Shown: positions 47,118 through 59,346 of the stretch, piece by piece
How positions within the stretch are numbered: the stretch's first letter is position 1
Layout: each line of letters opens with the position of its first letter
Assembly: GCA_963825865.1 (NCBI GenBank)
Contig: CAWGVG010000007.1
Span: 17,209 to 81,208, forward strand
DNA length: 64,000 nucleotides
Reading direction: 5' to 3'
DNA from: an uncultured Nitrososphaeraceae archaeon
GTDB lineage: Archaea > Thermoproteota > Nitrososphaeria > Nitrososphaerales > Nitrososphaeraceae
Made by a program: the position numbers and the translations under genes
The notes under the pieces: model-generated
Databases searched by the model: none
The model's input: only the letters and a program-made list of their open reading frames with translations
What the model was told of the DNA's origin: nothing

Positions 47118-47375
47118 GTGGTAGAGGATTCTATCGAGCCAGATAAAGTAACCAATGTTGAATTCTATCAAATATACAAGAGATATTGCAGACAAAATAA
47201 ATTAGTAGTAGAATCAAAGGAGAACTTGGGCAAAATCCTGAAAAATAAACATGATTTCCAGGATGGGAGAGAGGCGTCAGGTGAACACCGAACAATTTGG
47301 AAAGGAGTTAGGTTAGCAATAGAAAAAGGAGAAAGAGAATACAATGATGATCCTGACAGTAATCCAACGCCATAG
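47118..47375 (+). pseudogene. C-terminal winged-helix fragment of a phage/plasmid primase-helicase (D5/P4-like)
   Basis: EFYQIYKRYCRQN...ENLGKILK...RTIWKGVRL. Confidence 0.55.
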
Positions 47376-48444
47376 AATACTCCAAAACAATCAATGGCTG
47401 ATGGTAAATATCAATATAGCTTTGCTAGCAACAATACCGTAAAATATATAGAGATAGCTTTTAGTCATTTTGTATTGTTATACTTTTAATTCTATATTTT
47501 TCTTGTTACTACCATAATACACTTGTTCATATTTTGCTATGAATCTCTGCTTAATACACTCAACTAAATTAATTTTATTTTGCTTATCGTTTAATTCATT
47601 GCTATTATCTTTTTTACTATGAATGCCAAGCGATTCTAATTCAGTTGACCACCAACCATCCTTTTCAGGATGTTCTTGATAGAAAATGTCGCCAAACAAT
47701 TCACATCACTCCCAAGGTCATCTGCACGCAAATATAAAAACGTTTTTTTCAGGCAAGGTTATGAATTGGTATAAATTATAGCAGTTATGGTACATTTCAG
47801 ATATCATTTTACTGGAGTTTATTACCTGTTCTGCAAAGGCGAGTGCGCCATTTTTACAAAAAAAGCTGGCTCTTTACTCTTTAATTGAATCAATACGAAA
47901 CGAGCCATTCAAATATAGTTCTTTAATTTATAATACTGATAATATCTCTTTACCTGGGACAACTCATTATCCTATATCCTATATGTATGGCGGACAACAA
48001 CGACAACAGTCCATATCATCACAAGATTACTTTACTGAGCATTACTCAGCTATGTTATTGAATGAGGCTGAAAAACTTTACAATAGACTAGTAAAAGAAA
48101 TAACAGAGGGAATTATATATGATCCACTTTTAGCAGTGGTACATCGTCAACATCACCATTCTTATCACCCTCATTTGATGGAACAACAACAAAATCCTCA
48201 TCCGCTCCTGCAAAGTCAATAGCCAGATATTAACATAACAATTATTGAGAAAAACTAGTGACATCGGGGGCATTATCTAAAATCATAACTGTATGTAGTA
48301 TTGTATGCTGGAGACATAGCCGGACATTGAAAAGCAGTTTGTAAAAAGACAAAAAAGGGCTAATAAAAGGGGATGGCTAAAACGCTTGTTGGTAAATGGT
48401 AGAGATGATGATTTGTTCAACATCTTTTAATTAATACAAAAAGA

Positions 48445-49430
48445 TTAGCATGGATTCTTGTTTATTCCCGATTTGCCATCGCTGAATCCTGCTTGATATC
48501 CGTTCTGATATCCTGTTCTGAATTCATCTGTATGCTTACCGTGTAATGAGTCGTCGAATGAGTGACCGTTTAATCCTACAGAGTCTCTGTTTCCGTCGAC
48601 ATATCCTTGTGCATATCCATTCATCATTTGGTGAACCTGTGTTGTCAATACATTCTGTAGCCGTTGGTTTTATACGTTGTAGGCTGGGCATTGTATCGAT
48701 CACATTGAGACGATTAAGCAAATCACGTGTTGTTGGTGTTTTGCATGTTGCGGTATTTGTTTGATTACTTGGTGAATTAGCATTACTAGTTGCTGCCGCA
48801 TCCTGCAGATGCGGTTGATGATCCCATACAAAATGCAGACACTTTACGTATGTTGTCCGAATTGGCTATGCGCTACCTGATGACGCCTGTGATGCGGCAC
48901 GTTATTATCTTTCCACACAGTTACGCCATTCTTGTATGTTGTGAATGAGCAGTCACCCGAGGTGCATCCTGGAGGGTATGTTAGTGCATGTCCTGCATCT
49001 ACGACTGTATTGATGCTAAAGTTCCTCCCATACATGCTAACAATATGACTAGTGATGACAGCTGACTGGTGCTACTTGCTATTGTCATGCATTTCGCCAA
49101 CTCATTTGTGCCTACTTTGGACATAATACCTACCAGCAATTGTATCGAGTATTTTACCACCTATATGACCAATTTCGGCAAAGTCAAACCGCCTGAAGTG
49201 CATACCAGTTCCTGCTCCTGCTCCAACACATGCTCCATGTTACTATTGGATTTGGTGCTGGTGTGTTGACTGGTTGTGTCTGTGGTGGTGTGGATAGACT
49301 TGTATCAGGAGTGGTTGGTTGACTGCTTGATCCAGAATTATCGCTCTCCACTTCCGGTATTACTGCTTAAATACAAGAATTCACTGCTTTCAGGTATTAG
49401 CAGTGGTGTGACGTGCCACTTTGCTCTCTA
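48445..49430 (-). pseudogene. Fragmented secreted Cys/Gly/Thr-rich protein
   Basis: Short colinear ORFs ending GYAQGYVDG...GYQNGYQAGFSDG. Confidence 0.4.
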
Positions 49431-49632
49431 TATATTTTATATACACATAGTTATACAAAGGCATTCCGAAACAACAAACTGATGGTTGGTGCCACAATAC
49501 TATCTATAGTTAATACATTTTGTATTGTTATAAAATTCTTAATTGAAATCATCATGATATGATGACAAACCATCTGTTATCAGGGTAATGCCAATTGCTA
49601 AAAAACAATCCAATAAGCAAGAGGGTTTTTGA

Positions 49633-50256
49633 GATGAACCAAAACTTAGGCCTATGCATCTTTTTTTCAAACAGTATGATCCTTAACAATGGCCAAAACC
49701 TACAGAAGGTAAGGGCACAAGAAGTCTACCTACCTGGAACAAGCAAAACAACAGCAACAGAAACAACAAATGGTACAAGACTACAGCAGCAGTAAGTTAA
49801 CCCAAACCAGTCAACTAGCAAGGAATTCTGGATAAACACAGTACACCTTGATGGAATGACAAACATAAATGCTGGCGTAAAATGTGATACTTGTCCTCAG
49901 AATACTCCAACACATCCACCAGAGAAGCCCCCTGTAAATTCGACTATACCAACTGGAGGAGGATTCAGGATAACAGAACCAAATAAAGTAGGAACTTGGG
50001 ACTTTAGATCATTTACATTCGCCCCAATCAAATAGTCGTTAACCAAGGCGATAAAGTCACACTCCATTTCATAGGCGTACAAGGTGCACACCATGTCATT
50101 GATGTCCAAGGAGTGGATACCTTTGAACTTATGAGAGGACAAATCCATACTGTATCATTCACAGCAAACAACCCTAGAACCATAACTTACATCTGCCACG
50201 TACACTTGCCTAACATGGTTGGCCAAATATTGGTGCTACCTAAAGCAGCAGTATGA
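49633..50256 (+). CDS. Cupredoxin (blue copper) protein, frameshifted and missed by the ORF track
   Basis: Manual read: FTFAPNQIVVNQGDKVTLHF..GAHH...ITYICHVHLPNMVGQILV (H, C, H, M type-1 copper ligands). Confidence 0.8.
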
Positions 50257-50581
50257 AAATGATAGGAACAGAAGCAGCAGCTACAATAACTGATACTTGT
50301 TGTGCACAGAAGATAGCACATAACAAATATCTTCCTCAATTTTTTGTTTGTAACAACAATCTCATTTACCATCATATTTCTTTATTATTACCTATAGTAG
50401 TTTAACATAATCTTCTGTCACTATGCGCTATATAGCGCATGAAACTAGTAGTAGCTTTCAATCCTGTTTGCTTGTCTACTAATGAGTTCTTTGTATGTTA
50501 GACAAGAGACTCTCCTTCTCTGGTTAGTGCTTTAATCATTATATTTGTACATACTCAATGATTTGATCTGATATTGGCTAA

Positions 50582-50923
50582 ATGGATTATGAATTAATAG
50601 ACACGCTAAAACAAGTCCTTGAGAGCAAGATTGAGAAAACAAGGAGTGACATACGTCATGAACTACACAATAAGTCATACAATGACAGCTTGCAGAACGA
50701 AATAGGTACCTTAGAATGGGTTTTAGAATATGTAGTACAAAAAAAGGTTCATATCAGTAAACTAGAAGTTATCGTTCAAGACAAAATTGCTGAATTGAAA
50801 ATAACAATGAATAAGGCCACCCACAGAGAAGTTACAGACTTTTTATTTACAAAGATCGAAACTCTGAGATGGGTTTTGTATGTTATTCACAGTATTAACA
50901 AAGGATCGCTAATAGTAGTATGA
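50582..50923 (+). CDS. Helical hypothetical protein with internal repeat
   Basis: EIGTLEWVL / KIETLRWVL duplicated motif. Confidence 0.6.
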   Translation: MDYELIDTLKQVLESKIEKTRSDIRHELHNKSYNDSLQNEIGTLEWVLEYVVQKKVHISKLEVIVQDKIAELKITMNKATHREVTDFLFTKIETLRWVLYVIHSINKGSLIVV

Positions 50924-51248
50924 TATACAAAAGAAGAAAGGGGGAAAGACGATTCTATTGAACGTGCATTCAACCGGTGGATGCTTAGACCGGTAGAGAT
51001 AACGGTACATACGTATGTAGAGAGATTACAAACCATACCAACGCATTTAGGTTGGGCGAAATATTTTGATAACACACATAATGATGAATGATAATGACTA
51101 ACTCTTTGAACGTCACTAAATCATAGCTTCACAAGATAAAGCCTTAGCCTTTTCTTTTTCTAGCATCACCTTGGAACTCCAATCTTAAACAAGGGTTCCC
51201 TATGCCGATCTTAAATGTAGAAAGGGGCGGGTTTGATTGCAAAGCTAG

Positions 51249-51878
51249 TCATTTATCTATTAAGAGAGCCATTTCAAGCCACTTCCAATAACAATCTACT
51301 TCTACAAATCCTATATCTCTTAACCATCCTAACTGTACTTCCATTGGTAACAATCTATTAGCTTTATCTTCTTTTTCTGGAGTATAGCCGATTGCTTTGA
51401 GGAATCTAGCATGCAATTCAACAGATGGTGGTGCAACATGCTCCAAATTACAAAATACTCCTGTTGGATTGATGATATCATAAATTTTTTCGTACAGTTC
51501 ATGCTTACGCTCATGTTTAAAGTGATGGATAGCAAAACTTGATACAACAGCGTCAAAATATCCTAAATCCGGCAGAGGTTGACTGAGATCATGTTCTATG
51601 ATCTTAACCCTCGAATCACCGGCAAAATGATCCCTTGCAGATTTCAGCATTGTGGGAGATACGTCTAATGCTACTGCTTCTTCTATATCTGGATAATCCG
51701 CCTTTATCAGCTTGATTAACCTTCCATCTCCTATACCTAGATCCAATACTCGTTTAGTATTTTCAGGCAGGTGATCTATCAAGACAGATTCACCCTCTGA
51801 TCTATGTGGAAGGCTATCTGCTACATTTAGATATGCAACAGCATGTTGTGGAGACCATTCCTTTGTCGAGCTGCTCAT
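51249..51878 (-). CDS. Class I SAM-dependent methyltransferase
   Basis: VLDLGIGDG, LDVSPTML, FDAVVSSFAIHH. Confidence 0.9.
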   Translation of the reverse strand: MSSSTKEWSPQHAVAYLNVADSLPHRSEGESVLIDHLPENTKRVLDLGIGDGRLIKLIKADYPDIEEAVALDVSPTMLKSARDHFAGDSRVKIIEHDLSQPLPDLGYFDAVVSSFAIHHFKHERKHELYEKIYDIINPTGVFCNLEHVAPPSVELHARFLKAIGYTPEKEDKANRLLPMEVQLGWLRDIGFVEVDCYWKWLEMALLIDK

Positions 51879-51974
51879 GATAATAAAAGTTCTTCACAGG
51901 GCATAGAAAAGCATTGTGATTCCAATCAATTCTATAGCGAAGTACATACTTGTAATGGTTATTTTATTCTTGTA

Positions 51975-52430
51975 TTATGCCATTAGCTCTTGGAGCTTTC
52001 TTGATTGCTCAATTCCCTTTGCCGGTAGATTATTAGTATTAGTGTCCAACGCACCAATCTGAACTAGAACCGATGCTTGGTCCCAATAAATATGCTCATG
52101 TGCTATTTTATTTCCTACAAATTTCATTACTACCATGTGTGGTATCTCTACATATTTTCCTGTTGGCGCTATTCCAGGAATCATATATTCGATTTCCCTG
52201 GTATGAGTAAATTTTAAAATAATCTCGTCTACAACCTGGTCTTTTCCTACAGTACGTGATATACGTTCAATTTTGGTATCGTCTGGCATCTTACCAACAA
52301 AGTGATTCCTGTAAAAGTTACACGCTATCATATCCTATACCACCTGTCATCATAGGGACGTGATGTGCATATGGTTCTCCAACCATTGTTTTCATCGTTG
52401 CATCTACATCATGGTCTTGGAATTCGTGAT
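51975..52430 (-). CDS. SnoaL-like/ester cyclase family protein, frameshifted
   Basis: RISRTVG.DQVVDE...IAPTGKYVEIP...HEHIYWDQASVLVQIG. Confidence 0.8.
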
Positions 52431-52757
52431 GTACTCATACTCTTCTGGTAATCTCGTCGTATTTTTTGATATTTTCTTTTGCTTTTTGTATTAGAAATAA
52501 TTGATCATTTCCTACAGACCCAGAATATGGTTTTGTTACTAGGTCTATAATATTAGATACAAAATACTGTCCATCGTGTCTAAAGAGTTCATATACATCT
52601 AGTGAATTTCCTGTTACGATTAACGTTGAACCTGATAACAGAGGGAAGCAGCAATAGCACTAGTAGTAATACCAATTTGAATACGGTTTATAATTAAGAA
52701 AGAGTTTGAATCATAAGCAGCACTTAAGGAACCTATTATATATCTGGGAATTGTTTT

Positions 52758-54311
52758 TTGTTTATGACTGAAGCAACAGCGGTAGATTTTTCTTCCAAAT
52801 TGCAGAAATTTGACCTTATAGTCATAGGGAGTGGTTCTGGTTTAGACGTAGCTAATGCAGCATACCAACATGGCCTTAGAGTTGCAGTTATTGAAAAGGG
52901 AAAAATGGGCGGAACTTGCCTCAATCGAGGATGTATACCATCAAAGCTACTCATCCATAGCGCTGATGTAGCTGAAACAATCAAGAGTGCACATGTTTTT
53001 GGACTAAAGGTTGAAGGATTTTCTGTTGATTTTCATACAATTGTTGAGCAAGTTAATCATATAGTAGATTTGCAATCTGAGAAAATAAGAAAATCATTTG
53101 AAGGTAAAGAAAATCCCAAACTTTTTGCAAACGAGTGCAAATTTGTTGGAGAAAAAATAATCTCCATAGAAACAGGTGGTAATAGTAGTCACCATAATAG
53201 CAGTAGCGGCAACGGATATAACGAAACAATAATGATTACCGCAGATAAAATATTGATAGCTTCAGGTACCAGGCCGAGAATTCCAGAAATTAATAGTCTT
53301 AAAGAAAGTGGTTATATCACAAGTGATGAAGCTTTGCGTCTTAACAAACAGCCCAAAGTTCTGACCATTATAGGCGGAGGATACATAGCTTGTGAACTAT
53401 CTCACTTCTTTGGTGCTCTTGGGACAAAGATCAATATTATACAAACAAGAGAGGTACTTATCCCAGATGAAGATGAGGAGATTTCAAAGAAATTCACAGA
53501 AATATTTTCAAAAAAATATAATGTTTACTTAGGCTATAAGACGACGTTTGTTTCAAAAGAAAACAACAATAACAATAATTCCAGTAAATTCCATGTAATT
53601 GCAAAAAACGCCTCTGGAAAACAAATACAGCTTGATTCAGATGAGCTTCTCATTGCAGCAGGAAGAATTCCAAATTCAGATAGGCTAAATCTTAAAAAAA
53701 CTGGTGTAAAGATAAACAAAAAGGGTTTTATCATAACAGATAGATACCTTGAAACTAATGTTAAAGGAATATTTGCATTAGGGGATGCAATCGGACGATA
53801 CTTATTCAAGCATAGTGCAAATCATGAAGCTCAATACGCTTTCTATAACATATTACATTCGGATCGTATGATTCCAATCAGCTATTATGCAATGCCACAT
53901 GCTATTTTTAGCTCACCGCAGGTTGCAGGAGTAGGATTCACTGAACAAGAGTTGGCAAAAAAGCAACAAGAAAATAATAAGCAGAATGATAATAAGAATA
54001 ATACCAAAAACATAATAGATTATCGAAAATCAGTTTATCATTATATAAATACAGCAATGGGCTTAGCAATTAAGGACCATGATGGCTTTGTAAAATTTCT
54101 TATTGGTAAAAAAGACGGAAAAATACTTGGATGCCACATTATCGGGAGTCAAGCATCAATACTTATCCATGAGGTTTTAGCAGCTATGAGAGGTTATGCT
54201 GATGATAACGGTGAGGGTACAATTGAGAATATTACAAAAAGTATCCATATTCATCCAGCTCTTTCTGAAGTGGTTGCAAGAGCGAGCAGCAGCTCCACTA
54301 GTGTTAGTTGA
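52758..54311 (+). CDS. Pyridine nucleotide-disulfide oxidoreductase (dihydrolipoamide dehydrogenase/mycothione reductase-like)
   Basis: IVIGSGSG, GGTCLNRGCIPSK, IIGGGYIA, HIHPALSE; Asn-rich insertions. Confidence 0.9.
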   Translation: MFMTEATAVDFSSKLQKFDLIVIGSGSGLDVANAAYQHGLRVAVIEKGKMGGTCLNRGCIPSKLLIHSADVAETIKSAHVFGLKVEGFSVDFHTIVEQVNHIVDLQSEKIRKSFEGKENPKLFANECKFVGEKIISIETGGNSSHHNSSSGNGYNETIMITADKILIASGTRPRIPEINSLKESGYITSDEALRLNKQPKVLTIIGGGYIACELSHFFGALGTKINIIQTREVLIPDEDEEISKKFTEIFSKKYNVYLGYKTTFVSKENNNNNNSSKFHVIAKNASGKQIQLDSDELLIAAGRIPNSDRLNLKKTGVKINKKGFIITDRYLETNVKGIFALGDAIGRYLFKHSANHEAQYAFYNILHSDRMIPISYYAMPHAIFSSPQVAGVGFTEQELAKKQQENNKQNDNKNNTKNIIDYRKSVYHYINTAMGLAIKDHDGFVKFLIGKKDGKILGCHIIGSQASILIHEVLAAMRGYADDNGEGTIENITKSIHIHPALSEVVARASSSSTSVS

Positions 54312-54953
54312 TTCTAGTATAAGGCCATCTAACTGCTGTAAAAAAGTATAAAAAATAAAACTTCATTTTTGATAATGTGAAAATAAGATAAGGACTCAGT
54401 TACAAGCATTGGATTTGTTGATTCAAAATTATCTAAAATGTTAAATGTTAATGATTCAATATACCCAAGAAAACTTAGATCATGTTGTCGCCTCATCTAG
54501 GCTAAGGTAAACTTATTCCAACCTTCACAGCAAATTAACTACCACTTTATTATCTCTGTTTGTTTTAGATCTTATTAAAAAGTATACTCGCGAATTCTAA
54601 GACTCTCATGCCGTGTGATCAGAATATCTTTCCTTTAGATACTTGAGGAAATCTGTAACGTCAATTTGTTTATAAAAGTCATATGGTTTGCCTGACAGAC
54701 CTGTGAGCTGGCCGCTTGTTTGCAATTTAGTTTTCATAATCTCGATCTGTTCATCTTCGGTCACTTGAGTTATACGCGACCGGTCACACGCTGTAAACAA
54801 ATTACACCACAGAGGCACACTATAAAATATAATCATAAAAAATCATGTCATAAAAAATAGTGCATATTACTCCTATTATGAGTTCAATTTGAAATAAGTT
54901 GGGAGCAAGTGGCAACAGATGAAAGCAGGTAGTAACAAGGAGGCAGCAGAAGG

Positions 54954-55954
54954 TTGAATCAACAACTCAAGCTGATCTGCCATCATTATAGCCTTCTATT
55001 CCTGCAATTGCTGATTTTAGATTACGCTGATAGTTGTTTACTGCAGATTTTATTTCATCGAGGTCTTCGTTTATTCCCTCTGAAAGGATTTGACTGGAAT
55101 CTAAAGGAGCTATACGATCTCAGTCAGGCTTATGAAGAAATTAAAGGTGACATTCACTTTTTTGTAAACCTGTATAGATTGATAAAGTCTGCAGGTATGA
55201 ATTCACAGCAGGTCATTAGACTTCTTACAATTGCTAGTATACATTTACCATCAGTGGAATATAGATATGAAAATCTCAAAAGAGAAGAAGCATCCTTACA
55301 AGCCGGTAATCACAATTCAGCCAGAACTCTTCAGTCTATACGCAACACATTGCAGCAATATGAGTCAGATTGTGAAGAAAAAAGACTGAAGATGACCAAG
55401 CTGCAGATACAAAAGATTGGAGCAGAGTATTGTCTTGTAAAAGTTTTCAAAACAATAATGAAACGTACCTTCAAATCAAACAGATGGTAAAAAGAGAAGT
55501 TGAAATCGCTTTTGCAAATCGTAGGCAATTATTAAGACTCACTCTTCAGTGCCTAATCGAATCTTTACGAAAAGATCCTGTCGAAGTTTTATGCACTGTA
55601 TTATAACATGTCCTCCTCTCCCTCTGCAAAATCACCAACATCGACAGCATCCAACAACAACAACAATATGATTATATACCTTTTATGAATGAACAAAATT
55701 TGCCCGTCATCGACTACAGCAACGAAGTGATTTGCGAGAAAATATTGCTAGATCAGTCTGAGGAGATTTATGACAAAATGATACAAGACCTTACAATTAA
55801 GACCGTTCCTGCTGTAGCAAGTGACAGTTATAGTGACTCATCACAATTATCATTATTGTCACGAAAGGAACTATCTGATGTACAAACTACGATTCAGATA
55901 CCTATTTTATCAACCGTGTATTATAAGTACTGGCTTTTCAATATCATCAATTAG
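54954..55954 (+). pseudogene. Fragmented coiled-coil hypothetical protein
   Basis: Colinear ORFs 54954..55490 and 55685..55954. Confidence 0.4.
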
Positions 55955-56389
55955 TTTTCTACTTGTACTTCCAAGCAATCTAGTTGTTAATGAAGATTTT
56001 CTACTGCTTGCAACCACTATTAAATCAACATTTGCATCTCCAGACATCTTAACTATTTCCCCAACTGGCTTACCTGTCTGTATTTTATATGATACTTGAC
56101 TTTTTACTCCCGCCTGTTTGCAGAATCGCATTTTCTCTTCGATCATTTGTTTTACTTCTCCTTCAACTCTGATTTCGTAGTCCTCTTTTTTTGATTTCTC
56201 AATAGCTTTTGCTTCTACTTCTCGTCCTCCTTTTTCTTTTTCTTTAGAAGTTGCCAAAACCGCAGAGTCTACGTGATCAATATTTTCAACTACATGCAGA
56301 ATTAAAATTTCAGCTCCTGACATATTAGATAAATAAATAGCATGGGTCAAGGCTTTATCAGACATTTCTGAACCGTCGTGTGGCACCAA
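55910..56389 (-). CDS. Universal stress protein
   Basis: ILVPHDGSEMSDKAL, DLIVVAS, LLGSTS, PVLII. Confidence 0.9.
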   Translation of the reverse strand: MVPHDGSEMSDKALTHAIYLSNMSGAEILILHVVENIDHVDSAVLATSKEKEKGGREVEAKAIEKSKKEDYEIRVEGEVKQMIEEKMRFCKQAGVKSQVSYKIQTGKPVGEIVKMSGDANVDLIVVASSRKSSLTTRLLGSTSRKLIDDIEKPVLIIHG

Positions 56390-56408
56390 GATCCTCTTAT
56401 ACTGAGGA

Positions 56409-56948
56409 TTAGTATAAGACGAACGAGTCTGAAGCTGAGAAGAAACAGATGATGCTCGCTATTGGATGTTCTGTTGTTATTGGATGTTCTGATATCGATT
56501 CCTCTTTTAGGGATTCTATTATCTTTGCATTTACATCATCAATGTTCAAATTATCTTTTAAATAACCAGTAAAATCACTCGGAGTAATTATGCCAAGAGG
56601 TTTGTTTATATCATTATCTTCTACGACAAGTAAATGTCTTACTTTGTTTTGTAACATTACATTAGCGGCTACTTCTACTTGTGATACAGAGTCAATAGTA
56701 ACTAATGGAGAGGATGTTATATCTTGTAATATAGTATTTTTGCTACTTGCATCATGAACACAAACCGTTCTTGATAAATCTCGTTCAGTGACTATACCTA
56801 TAGGTCTATTGTCGTTTCTGTCATCAGTAACTAGTAATGAGCTTACATTCTTGTCTCTCATTTTCTTTGCTGCCTCTTGAGCTGAACTTGATGTCGTAAT
56901 AGTCTCGAGTTTTTTAGTCATTATCTCACCAATTGTTTTTTTTGTCAT
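56409..56948 (-). CDS. CBS domain pair protein
   Basis: IGEIMTK, IGIVTERDL, VRHLLVV, LGIITPSD. Confidence 0.9.
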   Translation of the reverse strand: MTKKTIGEIMTKKLETITTSSSAQEAAKKMRDKNVSSLLVTDDRNDNRPIGIVTERDLSRTVCVHDASSKNTILQDITSSPLVTIDSVSQVEVAANVMLQNKVRHLLVVEDNDINKPLGIITPSDFTGYLKDNLNIDDVNAKIIESLKEESISEHPITTEHPIASIICFFSASDSFVLY

Positions 56949-58203
56949 GTAGCAACTAATTCAAAGCTAGAGTTTATTATCACCTATAAAGGTTGATAGT
57001 ATAGGCTGGGCTCTTCAGTTGTTTTATGTATATCATCATTATAGCTTATTAAAAATATCAGCGTCATTACCGTAACTCGACAGATAGTAATTTCAATATC
57101 AATGGAACGTTATCAGCAATTTCCAGTAGTGGTCCCTACTTCTTCTACTACGAACTTTCAAATACAGCGCAATCCAATACAGAATGCTAAAATAACCATT
57201 GTAGTGACACCGATAACTTTAGCGTTTCCGGCGTTCATTTCAATTATATGGTGAGATATGCTTTAAAGTACTCCGCAAAGAATGGCCGTATACCGCTAAA
57301 ACTTGATACATTCAAGCTAAAAAATAAGATACTCTATAATTTACTTACACGATAGGATCAATATGACATATCAATACAATTGTTGGTAATTTCAGGCACA
57401 CACCCCAAATTGGGAGCATATTGTTAATTACCAATTGCCAATCTTGACAGGCAGAATATCTTATACAATGTTGAGCCAGTTGCCTCTCATAATGCTGCCA
57501 ATTCTACGAATCAAGTACTTTTCAATGTAGTTCTTAAATTACTGTATGCTGCTTCAACGTTGTTTTTGCTGCTTTGTGTCGCTGCTTGTTTACATTTCTG
57601 GGATTAAAGAGATTTGTAATGGGGAGCGTGACAAATGGAATAGTACAGCATGCTCGTTGCCTTGTCTTACTTGTCAGATAGATATAGAACTGATGGCTTT
57701 TGCAAAACACCATAAGTATCTATATAGGTAGTCCTTTATCATCTTATTAATATGCAAACAATTGACTTGGACAATACGAGAATATATGCAGGTTGTTTTC
57801 TATTAGACGGTATATGCGTATGCTGCATCACGTAGTAATTAATTTTAGATAACCAAGTTAACCCAATATTTTAGCATTTTATGCTTGATTTCTTCTGCTC
57901 AATTTATATGAGATTTATAGCGCCCTACACGCATCATGGCCATAGTTATCACTACTACTACTATTTTCTATCGTTAATTGTATTTGCTGCTGCAAGGACT
58001 AAAGAGAAGAATGCTAGTACTGACAGTAATTATAGTAGCAGAAAATATTGTTGTTATTATTATTACTGATGATATTGTTCTTGTTGTTGTTGTTGTTGTT
58101 GTTGTATACATCAGAGCATCAATACCATAAAATAAAAAAGGAGATCGGGAGATTATTATTTTATTATTATTGCATAATGATGGTTGCTTCTCTTCTTATT
58201 GTA

Positions 58204-58572
58204 TCACTGACCCGTAGTTTGATTGCCGCCTGCTGTTTGATTCATTATTAGTCCCTTGGCATGCAATCTTAATAGATCACTTAGAATCTCTACACCCAGC
58301 AAGTTCTTTAGAGTTTCCTTTGCATCCATAGTTTGTATCTTGTCAGCTATAGCAGCAAGCACTGGATGATTTGACCTTATTTGAGTTATCTTCAATGCTA
58401 TCAGTGCCTTTGCGATTTTTGTTTGATTTTCTGACATTCCTTGCATTGTTTGATCTTCTGGAGATGTCTGTGCCATTGCAACTTTTAAAGGAATGGTCAA
58501 AACAACTGCGCTTAATGATGCCATTAACATCATTGCAATTCCAAACTTCATTTTATTGGTCGTCATATTCAA
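58204..58572 (-). CDS. Small secreted hypothetical protein
   Basis: Signal peptide ending AMAQ. Confidence 0.6.
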   Translation of the reverse strand: MNMTTNKMKFGIAMMLMASLSAVVLTIPLKVAMAQTSPEDQTMQGMSENQTKIAKALIALKITQIRSNHPVLAAIADKIQTMDAKETLKNLLGVEILSDLLRLHAKGLIMNQTAGGNQTTGQ

Positions 58573-58693
58573 AAGGCATTAGGATGTTTAGTATATTTCT
58601 ATTATGACAATAAAATATAGGTTTAATATACATAATGTTTATATATAATTTTTAAAGTAAAATATATCATAAAGTGGCTCTCTATTCCAAGTA

Positions 58694-59119
58694 ATGGTAG
58701 TAGATGATGAAATTGATATCATAACAGTCATCAAACATTTACTACAAGTAAATAATAATAATAATTTTTTTCATGTGTATGGATTTACAAATCCGTTCTT
58801 GGCATTAGAGCACTTCAAGTTAAACTACAAAGACTATGTTTTGGTTATCTCTGATATCAAGATGCGGTCCATAAATGGATTTGAATTCGTAAAGAAGGTG
58901 AGAGAAATACATGCAGGAGTCAAAGTTCTACTGATGTCGGCACTTGACATCGATAATGACTTGTTTGATTCGTTTCAAGTTTTGGCATCGTCAATTATGA
59001 TAGATGGCTTTATGCAAAAGCCGATATCTATGAGAAATCTAAATGAAATAGTTGTAAAAACTATCCTAGGATTAAAAACGATACAAGAAGGGTCCGCCGG
59101 CATCATCGCAAATTCCTGA
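58694..59119 (+). CDS. Response regulator receiver protein
   Basis: VVDDE, ISDIKM..INGFE, LMSA, QKP. Confidence 0.85.
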   Translation: MVVDDEIDIITVIKHLLQVNNNNNFFHVYGFTNPFLALEHFKLNYKDYVLVISDIKMRSINGFEFVKKVREIHAGVKVLLMSALDIDNDLFDSFQVLASSIMIDGFMQKPISMRNLNEIVVKTILGLKTIQEGSAGIIANS

Positions 59120-59346
59120 ATCACAGCCAAAACAGCAGTAGTAATAGTAGGAGCAGCCGCTACAGCACATAACCCTTTGTTATTCTTCTTAAAAGTGATT
59201 GGGAGAGATATTGAGAGAGAAAATATTCGTAAACTTTTGTAAGCTAAGAACGAAAATGCCTATCTATCCAAATACGAAAATTCATAGAATATAAAAGTCT
59301 AATATTTACGGTCATATTATTATTGTGACATGATTGCTCAAAGTAG

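Noticed and set aside
57881-58251. Leu/Tyr-rich small ORFs
   Set aside because: Products of TTG/TTA/CTA microsatellite-like low-complexity sequence typical of these genomes.
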